Source: Myxococcota bacterium (GTDB lineage Bacteria; Myxococcota_A; UBA796; CAJQPC01). From it: a stretch of DNA of 64,000 nucleotides. A program made the translations under genes and the position numbers. The notes beneath the pieces were generated by a model, which saw only the letters and a program-made list of their open reading frames with translations, did not search any database and had not been told where the DNA came from. Shown one piece after another: positions 1 through 13,811 of this stretch (the stretch's first letter is position 1; each line of letters starts with the position of its first letter). The stretch spans positions 272,837 to 336,836 of the forward strand of contig DASCPX010000070.1 in the NCBI GenBank assembly GCA_036012755.1. The letters are read 5' to 3'.

Positions 1-839
1 GAGAGCACGTCCAGGGCCGCCTCGTCGGGGTGACCGTGGGGCACGGTGGGCCAGGCGACATACATCGCCGGGTGGGCCCGGTCGTCGACCATGACCCAGC
101 GCTCGCTCCCCATCAGCTCGTGCGGGATGCCCTCTGTGCGTGCCGGCGACGGGCCCGTCGGTACCTCGCCGAACCAGTGCTCCGCCCGCTCCACCACCGT
201 CTCGGCGTCGATGTCCCCGACGACGACGAGGATCGCGTTGTCGGGGCCGTACCAGCTCCGGAAGAACTGCTCCAGCTCCTCGCGCTCGACCTCCAGGATG
301 TCGGTCGTCGTTCCGAGCACCGGGTACTGGTAGGGGTGGCCCTCCGGGTACAGGAGCCAGGACATCGTGTACTGGGGGTGGGCGTTGTCGCTGAGCTCGT
401 CGCCGAGGCGTTCGTTGACCACGACGTCCCGCTGGTTCGCGAGATCGACGTCGTCGAAGCCCTCCAGGAGCCAGCCCATGCGGTCGGACTCGACGAAGAA
501 GAGCAGCTCCAGCGCCCCGGGGTGGGCCTCCATCGTGTAGACGGTCCAGTCGTGGCTGGTCCAGGCGTTGGTGGTGACGCCCGCCGCGCCGAGCAGCGCG
601 TCGACACCCTGATCGCTGTCCGGCTGCGGGATCGAGCGACTGCCCTCGAACATCAGGTGCTCGAAGAGGTGGGCCTTGCCGGTGCGCCCTCCGTCGAGCT
701 GGTCCTCTGCTGCGCCGACCTTGTACAGGAGCGAGGTGGCCAACAGCGGCGCGCTGTGATCCTCGTGCACTACGACGGTGAGCCCGTTGTCGAGGGTGAC
801 GACCGTCGGCGACAGCTGCAGGGCTGAGAGCATCCACAC
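1..839 (-). CDS. M16 (pitrilysin/insulinase) family zinc peptidase, truncated by window edge
   Basis: Manual minus-strand translation: (VW)MLSALQLSPTVVTLDNGLTVVVHEDHSAP...GKAHLFEHLMFEGS; inverted HxxEH zinc motif. Not in ORF track because it runs off the end. Confidence 0.9.
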   Translation of the reverse strand, partial: MWMLSALQLSPTVVTLDNGLTVVVHEDHSAPLLATSLLYKVGAAEDQLDGGRTGKAHLFEHLMFEGSRSIPQPDSDQGVDALLGAAGVTTNAWTSHDWTVYTMEAHPGALELLFFVESDRMGWLLEGFDDVDLANQRDVVVNERLGDELSDNAHPQYTMSWLLYPEGHPYQYPVLGTTTDILEVEREELEQFFRSWYGPDNAILVVVGDIDAETVVERAEHWFGEVPTGPSPARTEGIPHELMGSERWVMVDDRAHPAMYVAWPTVPHGHPDEAALDVL

Positions 840-849
840 GCCGGACAGC

Positions 850-4415
<3,566 letters not shown>

Positions 4416-4419
<4 letters not shown>

Positions 4420-5327
4420 GGCTTGTCCGCGACCAGGGTGAGGACCTCGAAGTGGGGGACGCGCCGCTCGCGGGAGGTCACCGCGCACTGGCGCACGACC
4501 AGCCCAGCAGCGCGTGACCAGTCGGAGAGCACCTCGACGGAGAAGCCGAGGTGGACGTGGTCATAGGGGGCCACGGCGTCGGTGTGGCCGTGCTGGCGCA
4601 GGACCGTGGCGATCAGGCGACCGCCGGGCGCGAGGACCCGCGCCGCTTCGGCGATGGCGAGGGCCGGGTTCCTGGCGAAGACCAGCGCCGTCAGGATGAG
4701 GGCGAGGTCGAAGCTGCCCGAGTCGAAGGGCAGCTCGTGCAGGTCACCGTGAACGAAGCGCATCGTGTCTTCGGCCCGCTCCCGACCACGTTCCAGCACC
4801 CGCTCGCTGGCGTCGAGACATGTCACGGTCTCAGCGAAGGGAGCCAACAGGCGCGCGACGCTGCCGTCACCGGAGGCGATGTCGAGCACCCGGCCACCGC
4901 GGAGCCCGCCAGCGAGACCTCGGGCGAGGGACTCCCAGGTCCGGCCCGGGGAGTAGTGGCGCTCCATCGTGCCCGCCACGGCGTCGGCCCAGGTCCCGCC
5001 GCGGGCTGCCACGACGCCCTTCATGCGCTCCCTGTCTCGCGCCAGGAGTGGGTCGTCCGCGGCAGCCAGCACTGCGGTGACCGTGTCGTCCTCGACGGCT
5101 CGAGGATGCAGTCGGTACCAGGCCGAGCTGCCGGACCGACGATCGGCGACCAGGGAGGCGTCGCGGAGGCGGCCCAGGTGCGTCGAGACCCGTGGCTGGG
5201 GCAGCTCGGTGGCCGCGACGAGCTCCGCGACCGTGAGCTCCTCTTCGCGCAACAGCGCCAGCAGGCGCAGCCGCGTAGGGTCACCGAGGAGCTTGCAGAG
5301 TTCCGTCGTCGAGGCGATGGTCGGCAT
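4416..5327 (-). CDS. ArsR HTH + SAM-methyltransferase-fold regulator (SahR-like)
   Basis: N-terminal [13 protein letters not shown]...QPRVSTHL Ars[12 protein letters not shown] linker, [12 protein letters not shown] motif; coupled to metH. Confidence 0.9.
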
Positions 5328-5342
5328 CGCTCAGGACTCTAA

Positions 5343-5360
5343 TATCCCCTCATCGCGATA
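5343..5360. promoter_or_regulatory. Candidate operator TATC-N10-GATA upstream of the regulator-metH operon
   Basis: TATCCCCTCATCGCGATA ~15 bp upstream of the regulator start; palindromic ends only. Confidence 0.4.
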
Positions 5361-5369
5361 GCAAGATGT

Positions 5370-5584
5370 CTACCACACCGGGGCGCAGTAGCCCTCGGTC
5401 AGCCTGTCGCAGGACGTCTCTTCGATGCAGGCGGCCCAGAGCTCTTCCTGGGCGCGGTTCTCGAGCCCACCGACTCGTTCGAGCCCGTGAGCTCATAGGG
5501 GTCGTAGTCCCCGACCTCACCCCGTTCCTGGCGGGCTTGCTGGCAGGGTTGCGTGAGGAAGCAGGAGGACAACAGCAGGATCAT
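5370..5584 (-). CDS. Small Cys-rich lipoprotein, apparent frameshift near 5465
   Basis: MILLLSSC start; second frame continues LENRAQEELWAACIEETSCDRLTEGYCAPVW* to stop at 5370. Confidence 0.5.
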
Positions 5585-5590
5585 GGCTGC

Positions 5591-6895
5591 TCAATAGCAG
5601 CCGCGACCCTCCTCGGCGAAGGCGCTGCCGTCACTGGGGTGCGATGAGCCGAAGGTGCTGCCGCCGCCGCTGTAGGACTGCTCGGGTTCGACCGTGCTGT
5701 TGTCGCCGATCGCGGCCAGGGCCGCGGCAGGGTCGACGAGGGGGCCCTCGAAGCCGAGGTCCTCGCCGGTGGAGATCAGCAGGTCTCGGACCTCGGCAGG
5801 GGTCGAGGCCCCGTTGGCGATGAGCAGCGCCGCTGCGCCGGAGACGTGGGGAGCCGCCACGGACGTGCCCTCTGCCGCGAGCAGCTGCCACCTGCCCTCG
5901 TAGTCGGCTTCGGCCAGGATGCCGTCGGCGAGGCCGTCTCCGTCGACGTCGACGTCGATGTCGCCGCCGGGCGCGTAGAGATCGACGGCCCCGCGGTTGC
6001 TGTAGGAGGCCACGTCGTTGTTCAGGGTCGTCGCCCCTACGGCGAGCACGGTCTCGTATGCCGCCGGGTACTGCACGCCGTCGGAGAGGCCGTCGTTGCC
6101 GGTGGCAGCGACCACGACCACGCCCTGGTTCTCTGCGTAGTCGATGGCCTCTTCGAGCGAGGTCGATGGCCCCGACACGCCGAGGGAGAGGTTCAAGACG
6201 TCCGCGCCGTTGTCGACGGCCCAGACGATGCCCTGGACGAGGTCACTGCTGGAGCCCCCCGAGTGGGACATGACGCGGACCGGGAGGATGGACACTCCGG
6301 GCGACACCGCCGCTGTTCCGGTCCCGTTGTTCGTGGTCTGTGCGATGACACCGGAGACGTGGGTGCCGTGCCAGCCGTCATCGCTGGGGTCGTCGTCACC
6401 ATCGGCGACGTCCAGGCCAGGGAGCAGCGGCAGGCCGTCTGGGCCCGCCGTGGCTCCGGTGTCGAGCACGGCCACCACCACGTCGTCGCCCCGGCTCTGG
6501 GTCCACGCCTGCTCGAGGCCGAGAGTGGAGAGGTTCCACTGGTAGGGCAGCATCGGGTCGTCCGGCACACCGAAGAGGCGGAGTGGCTGGTCCTCCTCGG
6601 CCCACGCGACCCAGGCGGGATCGAGCTCCTCGAGGTCCTCGACGACGACGAGGCCGAGGCCGACCTCCCGTCCGAGACCACCGGGCGCTCCGGGAACCAG
6701 GCGCACGATGTGGCCGCGCGCCGACCCGCTGACCTCGACCGGCTCGACGACGACGACCTCGGGCGGATCCAGATCCGGTATGCCCAGGGCGCGCCCGGTG
6801 GGGTCGCCTCCTCGGGTAGCCTCGATGGCCGCGCCCAAGCCGATGGCGCCGAGCACGGCACCGGTCCCCACCAGGAGTCTTCGCTTCATGTCCAC
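5591..6895 (-). CDS. S8 family subtilisin-like serine peptidase
   Basis: VAVLDTG, HGTHVSG, AATGN, GTSVAAPHVSG catalytic motifs; N-terminal hydrophobic segment. Confidence 0.95.
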   Translation of the reverse strand: MDMKRRLLVGTGAVLGAIGLGAAIEATRGGDPTGRALGIPDLDPPEVVVVEPVEVSGSARGHIVRLVPGAPGGLGREVGLGLVVVEDLEELDPAWVAWAEEDQPLRLFGVPDDPMLPYQWNLSTLGLEQAWTQSRGDDVVVAVLDTGATAGPDGLPLLPGLDVADGDDDPSDDGWHGTHVSGVIAQTTNNGTGTAAVSPGVSILPVRVMSHSGGSSSDLVQGIVWAVDNGADVLNLSLGVSGPSTSLEEAIDYAENQGVVVVAATGNDGLSDGVQYPAAYETVLAVGATTLNNDVASYSNRGAVDLYAPGGDIDVDVDGDGLADGILAEADYEGRWQLLAAEGTSVAAPHVSGAAALLIANGASTPAEVRDLLISTGEDLGFEGPLVDPAAALAAIGDNSTVEPEQSYSGGGSTFGSSHPSDGSAFAEEGRGCY

Positions 6896-6944
6896 ACTAT
6901 ACGGATCGACGAAAGGGGACTTCAGCCCGATGAAACCGAGTTGA

Positions 6945-8172
6945 TCATGTTGATGTCGGGACCGCGCTGGTCTCCTCGAGCTCGCGGTTGGAGGTTTCGG
7001 GCAGCCACAGGAGGATCAGCCCGAGGGCGATGATGGGGAACACCGCCGTGGCGGTCACCGCCGGACCGAAGCCGTGGTCTTCCGCGGCGAGGCCGACCGC
7101 CAGCGGGGCGAGCACGTAGCCGACGCGGCCGAGGAGGTTGTTGGCCCAGGCGTAGGCGTCGCCTCGGAGCTTCGTGGGGAAGAGCTCCGTGTTGAAGGCG
7201 TTGAGGACCGGGAGGACGGCGCTGGCCCCGAAGATCCCAGCGACGAGACCAGCCGTGAGGGCCCAGTAGGACTCGAGCGAGTAGCTGGCGGCGACGCCGA
7301 TCGCCGTGATCACGTAGATGATCACCGCTCCCTTTCGCCGCCCGACGACATCGAGGAGCTTTCCGGCGAGGAAGACCAGCGGCATCGAGCCCACAGCTGC
7401 GATCATGATCGCCAGGCCGACCTGGCCATCGGTGAAGCCGCGCTCGTTGACGGCGAACTCCTTCCACCACACGACGGCGTTCTGGGTGCACATGTAGGTG
7501 AAGCACCAGATGATCGCGAGCTGGATCATCCGCTTCCGGTAGGGGAGCTCCAGATCGCCAGCAGCGAGGTCTTCACCTGCTCCTTGGCGGCCTGGGCCTC
7601 GAATCGCGCAGTCTCCTTGAGCCCCCGCCGGGCGAAGGCGAGCAGGAGCAGGGGGATGACGCCAGCGAAGTAGACGGTCCGCCAACCCCAGGGTGTGTTC
7701 AACAGCAGCGGCACGACCCCAGCGCAGAAGATGGCGCCGAGGCTGCTGAAGGCCTGGATGACACCCATGACCATGCCGCGCCGGTCGGCGGGGTACTCCT
7801 CTGCCGCGAAGACCATCGCCGTGGCCCACTCGGCGATGAGGAAGATCCGCGCCAGGAGCTGCAGCGCCGTGAAGGCCCAGACGTTCGGGGCGAGGCCGGA
7901 GCACGCCGTGAAGAGCGTGTAGCCGGCGATGGTGATGGTGAGGACACGCCGCCGGCCCAGGCGTCGGCCTTGCGGACGAGCACGTAGGCCAGGATCGTGC
8001 CGATATTGATGACCGCCACCATGACCCCGGCCCCGCCTTCGGAGAGGCCCATGTCCGCTCGCAGGTTCGGCAGGATCTGCGAGAGCGCGAGGAAGTCGTA
8101 GCCCTCGAAGAAGGTGGCGACGCTCAGGAAGACGAAGAGCTTCTTCTGGTAGGCCGTGAGCGGCGTCGCCAT
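6945..8172 (-). CDS. MFS transporter (two apparent frameshifts, ~7958 and ~7540)
   Basis: Pieces in three frames: FFEGYD, ADxLGRRRVL, AEEYPADRRG, DVVGRRKG, ELFPTKLRG, LPETSNRELEE. Confidence 0.88.
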
Positions 8173-9239
8173 CAGGGGATGCTGAAGCAGAGGATGCGGA
8201 CCGACAGCGGTCCGTTTCGCACGTTGAGCACGCGCTCGGGCTCCAGCTCCAGACCCGGTGTCTCGGCGGCGACGAGGACGACGTGCCAGCCGGACCAGGT
8301 TCGCAGCCAGGTGTCGAGGGCGTGCCAGTCGATGCCTTCGAGGCGGTGGCCATAAGGCGGGTTGAGGGTGAGCAGGCCCCGTGGTCCGGGGCGCTTGCAC
8401 CGCATGGCGTCTCCGCGTCGGAGCTTCACTTGGAGCCCAGCGGCGCGCAGGTTCTCCCGGGTGGCCTCCAAGGCGCGCACGTTGATGTCTCCGCCGAAGA
8501 GCGGGGGTGGGCGCAAAAGCGCCCCGAGCTGTGGGCGGCGGGGGAAGTCCGGGAAGTCCAGCCACGGGAAGTCACCGCGGAGGGTCTGGGGCGAGCGCCC
8601 CTGGGCGATCCAGGCGGCCTCGACGAGGAGAGTGCCCGAGCCGCACATCGGGTCCACCACCGGGCCCTCTCCGGTCCAGCCGCTAGCGAGGATCGCTCCG
8701 GCCGCGAGGGTCTCGCGGAGCGGCGCGGCGGTGCTCGTCTTCCGGTAGCCCCGGTGGTCCAGGGGCACACCGCAGGCGTCGAGCAGCAGGGTCGCCCGGT
8801 TGCGGTGCAGCCGGAGGCGGAGCGGGAGCTGGGGCGCCTCGCGGTCGATGTTGCTGCGCGTGCCCCAGCGCTCGCGCTGTGCGTCGACCACTGCGTCCTT
8901 GACCTTCAGCGCGACATAGCGGACGTCCATCATCATCGACGCGGAGGTAGAGGCCCGGATCGCCAGGGTCTGGCTCGGCGCAAAGAGCGAGTCCTTTCGC
9001 GCCCGGATCAGCTTGAAGGCGCCTCGGTAGAGGTCCTCTTGGTTCGAGGCGGCCCAACCGCCGAGATCGATCAGCACCCGGTTCGCGGTGCGTAGCCTGA
9101 GGACCGCATCGACGGCCTGCTCGGCGGTCCCCTCGAAGGTCACGGCTCCGACCTGCTCGTCCACGTCGTGGCCCAGGGAGCGGAGCTCCACGGCGAGCAG
9201 GCCCTCGAGGCCAGCTCCGCAGGTCGCGACGAGCTTCAT
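8172..9239 (-). CDS. THUMP-domain RNA methyltransferase (RlmL-like)
   Basis: CGAGLEGLL, RGYR...APLRETLAA, DPMCGSGT, NPPYG; ATG 9239 overlaps upstream stop. Confidence 0.9.
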   Translation of the reverse strand: MKLVATCGAGLEGLLAVELRSLGHDVDEQVGAVTFEGTAEQAVDAVLRLRTANRVLIDLGGWAASNQEDLYRGAFKLIRARKDSLFAPSQTLAIRASTSASMMMDVRYVALKVKDAVVDAQRERWGTRSNIDREAPQLPLRLRLHRNRATLLLDACGVPLDHRGYRKTSTAAPLRETLAAGAILASGWTGEGPVVDPMCGSGTLLVEAAWIAQGRSPQTLRGDFPWLDFPDFPRRPQLGALLRPPPLFGGDINVRALEATRENLRAAGLQVKLRRGDAMRCKRPGPRGLLTLNPPYGHRLEGIDWHALDTWLRTWSGWHVVLVAAETPGLELEPERVLNVRNGPLSVRILCFSIP

Positions 9240-10347
9240 CGGCGCCGCACCAGCAGGAGACCCAGCACGGTGACCAGCGCCCCGGCGGCCCCGCAGCCAC
9301 CGCTCATCCACGTGACGAGCTCCGGGCGCTCGGGGAGCCCGGTGTCGTCCTCGAGGTCGCTGTCATCGGGTCCAGAGTCATCGGGCGGATCGCTCTCGTC
9401 TGGCTCGCCGGTGTCGTGGGGCTTCGAGATGTCGGCCCCTCGCGACCAGGGAACTCCGGTCGGGTTGGCGTCTGGCCCGCCGAAGGCGCCCATGTCGTTG
9501 CGGCTGCCGTCCGGGTCGTTGTTCGTAGTCGCAGGGTCGCCCCGGTTGATCGCCGGCGAGGTCTCCTGCAGCCCCGGCGGGAAGGTGCAGCTGAAGGGAT
9601 CGAAGCCCTCGTCGAACTTCGGATCCTCGCCCTGGATGTCGCCGGCTCCGACAGCCAGGCTGTCGCTGTTGTCGTTGTTCCACAGCGTGTAGTCCTCGTC
9701 CACCGCGTTGGCCTCCCCGCTGATCCCGACACCGCCTGTGTTCGCGAAGGTCACGTTCCACTCGAAGGCCAGGGCCCCGCCCTTCCGCCCGATGTTGGAG
9801 TTCCACGTTGAGGTGGTGATGGTCGTCGAGGTGCTGACGGCGCGAATCGAGCCGCTGGCCTCCTCAGAGCTGCTGTTGCCGAAGTTGCAGCCCTTGACCG
9901 TGAGCGAGTCGAGTCCGTCCACGTCGATGTCCGGCGCGGTGCCCACGCTCTGGTTGGCGTCGAAGGTCGTGTTGATGACGCGGAGGTCGAAGGTGCCGCT
10001 GCCGTTGCTGCCCTTGGCGCGGATCGGACCCGAGCTCGTGATCTCCGAGGCCTCGACGCTCACGCTGAGTGCGTAGACGCCGCTGGAGGCGGTGGCGAAG
10101 ATGGTGTCGCCTGTGAGCCCGTTGGCCTTCAGGTTCTGGAAGGTCACGGAGGTGTCGTCGGTCTTGCTGACGATGGAGAGGTCCTTTTCGATGGCGATGG
10201 GCGGCTCTCGACCGAAGCGTCGTAGCTCGGGTCCACCAAGAGCGTGTCGCCGTGTCCTGCCGCCGCGTACGCCTCGTGGAAGGTGTAGGTGCTGCCGTCG
10301 ACCACGTAGGAGTCGGTCGCGCTCGCTGCGCTGATCCACCAGAGCAT
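9236..10347 (-). CDS. Secreted beta-helix-like protein with MYXO-CTERM-like tail (frameshift ~10205)
   Basis: MLWWISAASA signal; SPAINRGDP...DPDGSRNDMGAFGGP; acidic linker; GGCGAAGALVTVLGLLLVRRR tail. Confidence 0.7.
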
Positions 10348-10435
10348 TGGGAGACGATAGCCGGTCGTCCCGAGTGCGCTAGTTCCCGCAATCCGAAGTC
10401 CCGAACCTCGTCCACCGTCTCGTTGCGGGAACTAC

Positions 10436-10545
10436 GGCACGCGAAGCGGGCCGCCGGGGGGGCGCCGAAGGCGCGGGGGGCGGGCCCCCCAGACGAGGAA
10501 ACGAGTGCCCCCGGCGTCGCGAAGCGGCGGGCGCCCAGCGCCATC
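10436..10545. repeat. GC-rich intergenic palindromic (REP-like) element
   Basis: CGCGAAGCG twice (10440, 10518), CCGAAGG, G/C runs able to pair. Confidence 0.35.
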
Positions 10546-10577
10546 GGGAGTCGCGTTCCGACTTCCGATCGGGGGTA

Positions 10578-11138
10578 CTAGTCGCCCTCGCCAATCTGAC
10601 CGCAGTTGTGGGCCTCGAAGCGCGCCCTCCACCACTCGGTGTCGATGGTGCCGGTGACCAGCTGGACATCCCCAGAGGTGATCTCGAGGCGGCCGAGGAG
10701 GTAGCTGCTCTGCCAGATGCGCTCGTCCGCGAAGACTGCCGAGGCCATCGTGCGGCGGTCGACGCTCCTCTGCTGGTCGTCTTCGTCGGAGTAGTCGTAG
10801 TAGTAGTAGCCGCCGTAGCCGTAGGCGCCCTGGAAGTACTCGCCGACCCAGCCGATGTTCTCGCCGGTGTTGTTCCACCACTGGACGTCGACGACCGCTC
10901 CAGAGGCCGTCCAGGTGATCGAGTCCCGCTGCTCCGTCGTGCCGGCGAGCTCGGCCTCCAGGTCCTCGCAGGTGTAGTCCGAGTCGTCGACGAGGAGCAG
11001 CGTTGCGCTGCCGGTGCCGGCTTCTGGAGTCGACCACTGGGACTCGGCGAAGAGCGCCGTCTTCAGCGAGCCGAGCGAGAACGGCGCGTCTCGGGTCGCC
11101 TTCATGGTGTTCGTGCACGACAGCAACAGGAGCGTCAT
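10578..11138 (-). CDS. Hypothetical lipoprotein, tandem paralog 3
   Basis: MTLLLLSC; GWVGEY; ARFEAHNCG; ATGA overlap. Confidence 0.8.
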   Translation of the reverse strand: MTLLLLSCTNTMKATRDAPFSLGSLKTALFAESQWSTPEAGTGSATLLLVDDSDYTCEDLEAELAGTTEQRDSITWTASGAVVDVQWWNNTGENIGWVGEYFQGAYGYGGYYYYDYSDEDDQQRSVDRRTMASAVFADERIWQSSYLLGRLEITSGDVQLVTGTIDTEWWRARFEAHNCGQIGEGD

Positions 11139-11695
11139 CGGCCGCTGTGCCCGGCGTAGTAGTCCCCGCTCATCTTGCCGCAGTACTCGGCGTCGAAGGT
11201 GGCTTCGATGGCCCGGGTCTCCACGTGGCCCTCGATGCTGCCGCTGTTGTCGTCTATGCGAGCGTAGCCACCAGCGCGGCCGAGCCAGGTCTGGCCGTCG
11301 GCGAAGGGGAGCACCCAGGCGCCGCGCTCGAGCGACCCTCGCTCCGACTCCGCCGTGGAGAACACTGCGTAGTCGCCCTCCCAGCCGGCGTTCTCGCCCT
11401 GGTCGTGAGACCAGGAGAAGATGACGACCAGGCCGATGGAGTCCGAGAACAGCGAGCCACGGCCAGCCAGCAGGGTGGAGGTGTAGTAGCTGTCGCCGAA
11501 GGCCGCCTCGTACTGCTCGCAGCTGACCTCGTCGTCGCTCATCAGGAGCATCCCCACCCCCTGGCCCGACTCGGCGCTCGAGGCCCCGGTCTCCAGGAAG
11601 AGGGCGCTGTCGATCTCCCGGACCTCGAAGGGCACGAGCTCCGGGTCCACCTCGACGTCGTTCTTCGGCGTGCATGCGGCGAGGAGCCAGGTCAT
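11135..11695 (-). CDS. Hypothetical lipoprotein, tandem paralog 2
   Basis: MTWLLAAC; GWEGDY; ATFDAEYCG; ATGA overlap. Confidence 0.8.
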   Translation of the reverse strand: MTWLLAACTPKNDVEVDPELVPFEVREIDSALFLETGASSAESGQGVGMLLMSDDEVSCEQYEAAFGDSYYTSTLLAGRGSLFSDSIGLVVIFSWSHDQGENAGWEGDYAVFSTAESERGSLERGAWVLPFADGQTWLGRAGGYARIDDNSGSIEGHVETRAIEATFDAEYCGKMSGDYYAGHSGR

Positions 11696-12264
11696 CCGCT
11701 GTCCCCCGTGTCCCACCCCGGCTCCTGGGTGCCGCAGTTTCGCGCGCTGAAACGGGCATCGACGCTCTCGTGGTCGATGGTGCCGCTGGTGACCTCGGCG
11801 GTGGAGTCCTCGACCTCGAGCAGGCCCATCTGGCCGTCGAGCCCCCAGGCGGTGCCTCCGCTGTAGACGTCCAGCCAGAAGCGGCGGTAGACCGCGCCCT
11901 CACGACCGCGCTCGAGCACCGTCACGCCGCTGCCGTAGGTGCCCTGCCAGCCGGCGCGACCGTCGCCTTCCCGGTAGTCCTCCCAGTCGAAGGGGGTGTA
12001 GGACCAGGAGACCCTCGCGACCACGTGTTCACCCTCCCAGACGGGCGTCCGGTCGTCGTCGCTCAGCCAGCCAGCGTCCCGTATTTCGGCGCACCCGACA
12101 TTGGTCGAGGAGAGCATCAGTGTTGCCCGTCCCCAGTCCGTCTGCTCGGTGGTCGTGGCGTCGGCGACGAAGACACTCGAGACCATCCGACCCAGCTCGA
12201 AGGGCGCGTCGCCTCGCGGCTTCATGGTGTTCGCGCAGGCGATCAACAGGGGCAGCACGCCCAC
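11692..12264 (-). CDS. Hypothetical lipoprotein, tandem paralog 1
   Basis: VLPLLIAC; GWQGTY; ARFSARNCG. Confidence 0.8.
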   Translation of the reverse strand: MGVLPLLIACANTMKPRGDAPFELGRMVSSVFVADATTTEQTDWGRATLMLSSTNVGCAEIRDAGWLSDDDRTPVWEGEHVVARVSWSYTPFDWEDYREGDGRAGWQGTYGSGVTVLERGREGAVYRRFWLDVYSGGTAWGLDGQMGLLEVEDSTAEVTSGTIDHESVDARFSARNCGTQEPGWDTGDSG

Positions 12265-12313
12265 ACCCTACCCGAGCGGCGAAGCACCCCAGACCGCGAC
12301 CATTCCCAGGTCG

Positions 12314-13732
12314 TCAGCCCTTCTTTTTCCGCTTGGGCGGCTCGCGCCCGCTCTCGTCGAAGCGGGCCTCGCGCTTCACGTTGGCGACGGCTCCGGATTC
12401 GATGAACCCGCCGTCCGAAGACAGCTCGCCCTTGCCGCAGTTGACCGCGACCTGGGCGTCGAAGTTGTGGGGGTCACAGGCTGTGATGAAGCCGAGCAAG
12501 AGCGCGCTCTTGGGCACGTCTCGCAGGTTCATGCCGGTCTCGGTCAGCTGCTCCAGGCGCCGGAGCGCGCCCAGGTGCTTCCAGGCGGAGGGCCGGAGCC
12601 CTTGCCGCGCCAGGGCGGCGGCCAGCCCCGCAGAGGCGACGACCCGCCCGCGCTTGTCGAGGCGCGCCGCGTACTTGTCGGCGGCGCGCTCACCGCCTGG
12701 GAGATCGAGGACCTCGCTGGCGGGCGTCCAGGTCCCGTCGTCGTCTCGGAAGACGAGGTAGTGCTGCACGTAGAGACACTTCTTGACCTTCATCGTCGAC
12801 AACATCGCGAAGTAGAGCTTGTTGAAGGCGCGGATGTCGTCTCGGGTGATGCGTGGTTCCTGCTGGACGAGCAGATCGATGATCTCGTCCGGCATGAGCG
12901 CCTGGTCTTCGCCCAGCTCACAGCCGTGGCGGGCGCTCCCGAGCATGCGCAGTCCCAAGAAGAAGACCTCGCGGATGAAGCCGTTTCCGGGCTTGGTCGC
13001 GAACCTGAAGGTCTCCGCGACCTGGTCCTCGTTGAGGTCCTTCGCGATCACGACGATCAGCGAGGTCGCGATGCCAGCCTCGCGCAGGTTGTCCAGGGCC
13101 TGCATCCGCGTCTCCAGCAGACGCCGACCGCGGAGGGCCAGGTTGGCCTCGTCGTCGAAGCCGTCGAACTGGATGAAGACCTCGTCCACGCCGGCGTCCC
13201 GGAGTCGCTTGACGTAGTCGAGCTTGGCGAGGCGGATCCCGTTGGTGTGCAGGGCTGCGATGTGGCCCTTTTCCTTGACCCGGCGGATCCAGTCTTCGAG
13301 GTCCTTGCGGATGGTGGGCTCGGCCGCCATCAGGTCGATCTTGATGCCGCGTCGCTGGGAGAGCAGCTCTTCGAGTCCGGAGAGATCGAGGTCCGGGGTG
13401 TCCTCTGTGTTGGCCTTGGCGAGGCAGATCGGGCACTGCAGGTTGCAGCGCTCGGTCATACGAATGATGTAGTCCCGCTGGGGGTAGTTCTCCGAGTTGA
13501 CCTTGAAGTAGTAGGTGTCGAGCTCGGCCCAGTAGTCCGGGTCCTTCGACAGCAGCTGGGTGCAGGGTCCACAGTCCGGACAGAGCTTGAAGAGGTCCAC
13601 GCGGTCTTTGTAGACACGCACCTCCGCGGGCAGCTCAGCCGTGCAGTGGTGACACCGGCCCGTCGTGTGCCGTAGGACGTGGAAGTCCATCTCGGGCGCG
13701 ATCGCGGACAGAGGGGTGGCTAGTTCTTCCAT
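12314..13732 (-). CDS. Radical SAM protein, COG1964 / Tes (MJ0619)-like family
   Basis: N-terminal TTGRCHHC...KLCPDCG metal site, CNLQCPIC, EPT, TNGIRL, IQFDGF, C-terminal DPHNFD...NC. Confidence 0.85.
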   Translation of the reverse strand: MEELATPLSAIAPEMDFHVLRHTTGRCHHCTAELPAEVRVYKDRVDLFKLCPDCGPCTQLLSKDPDYWAELDTYYFKVNSENYPQRDYIIRMTERCNLQCPICLAKANTEDTPDLDLSGLEELLSQRRGIKIDLMAAEPTIRKDLEDWIRRVKEKGHIAALHTNGIRLAKLDYVKRLRDAGVDEVFIQFDGFDDEANLALRGRRLLETRMQALDNLREAGIATSLIVVIAKDLNEDQVAETFRFATKPGNGFIREVFFLGLRMLGSARHGCELGEDQALMPDEIIDLLVQQEPRITRDDIRAFNKLYFAMLSTMKVKKCLYVQHYLVFRDDDGTWTPASEVLDLPGGERAADKYAARLDKRGRVVASAGLAAALARQGLRPSAWKHLGALRRLEQLTETGMNLRDVPKSALLLGFITACDPHNFDAQVAVNCGKGELSSDGGFIESGAVANVKREARFDESGREPPKRKKKG

Positions 13733-13811
13733 AGGAGGCCTTCTGAGCGGACCCAGTGTAGCTCAGCCGCTCCGGGCGGGCGATCGCCTCTGTCGCGCCG
13801 GGCCCGAGCGC

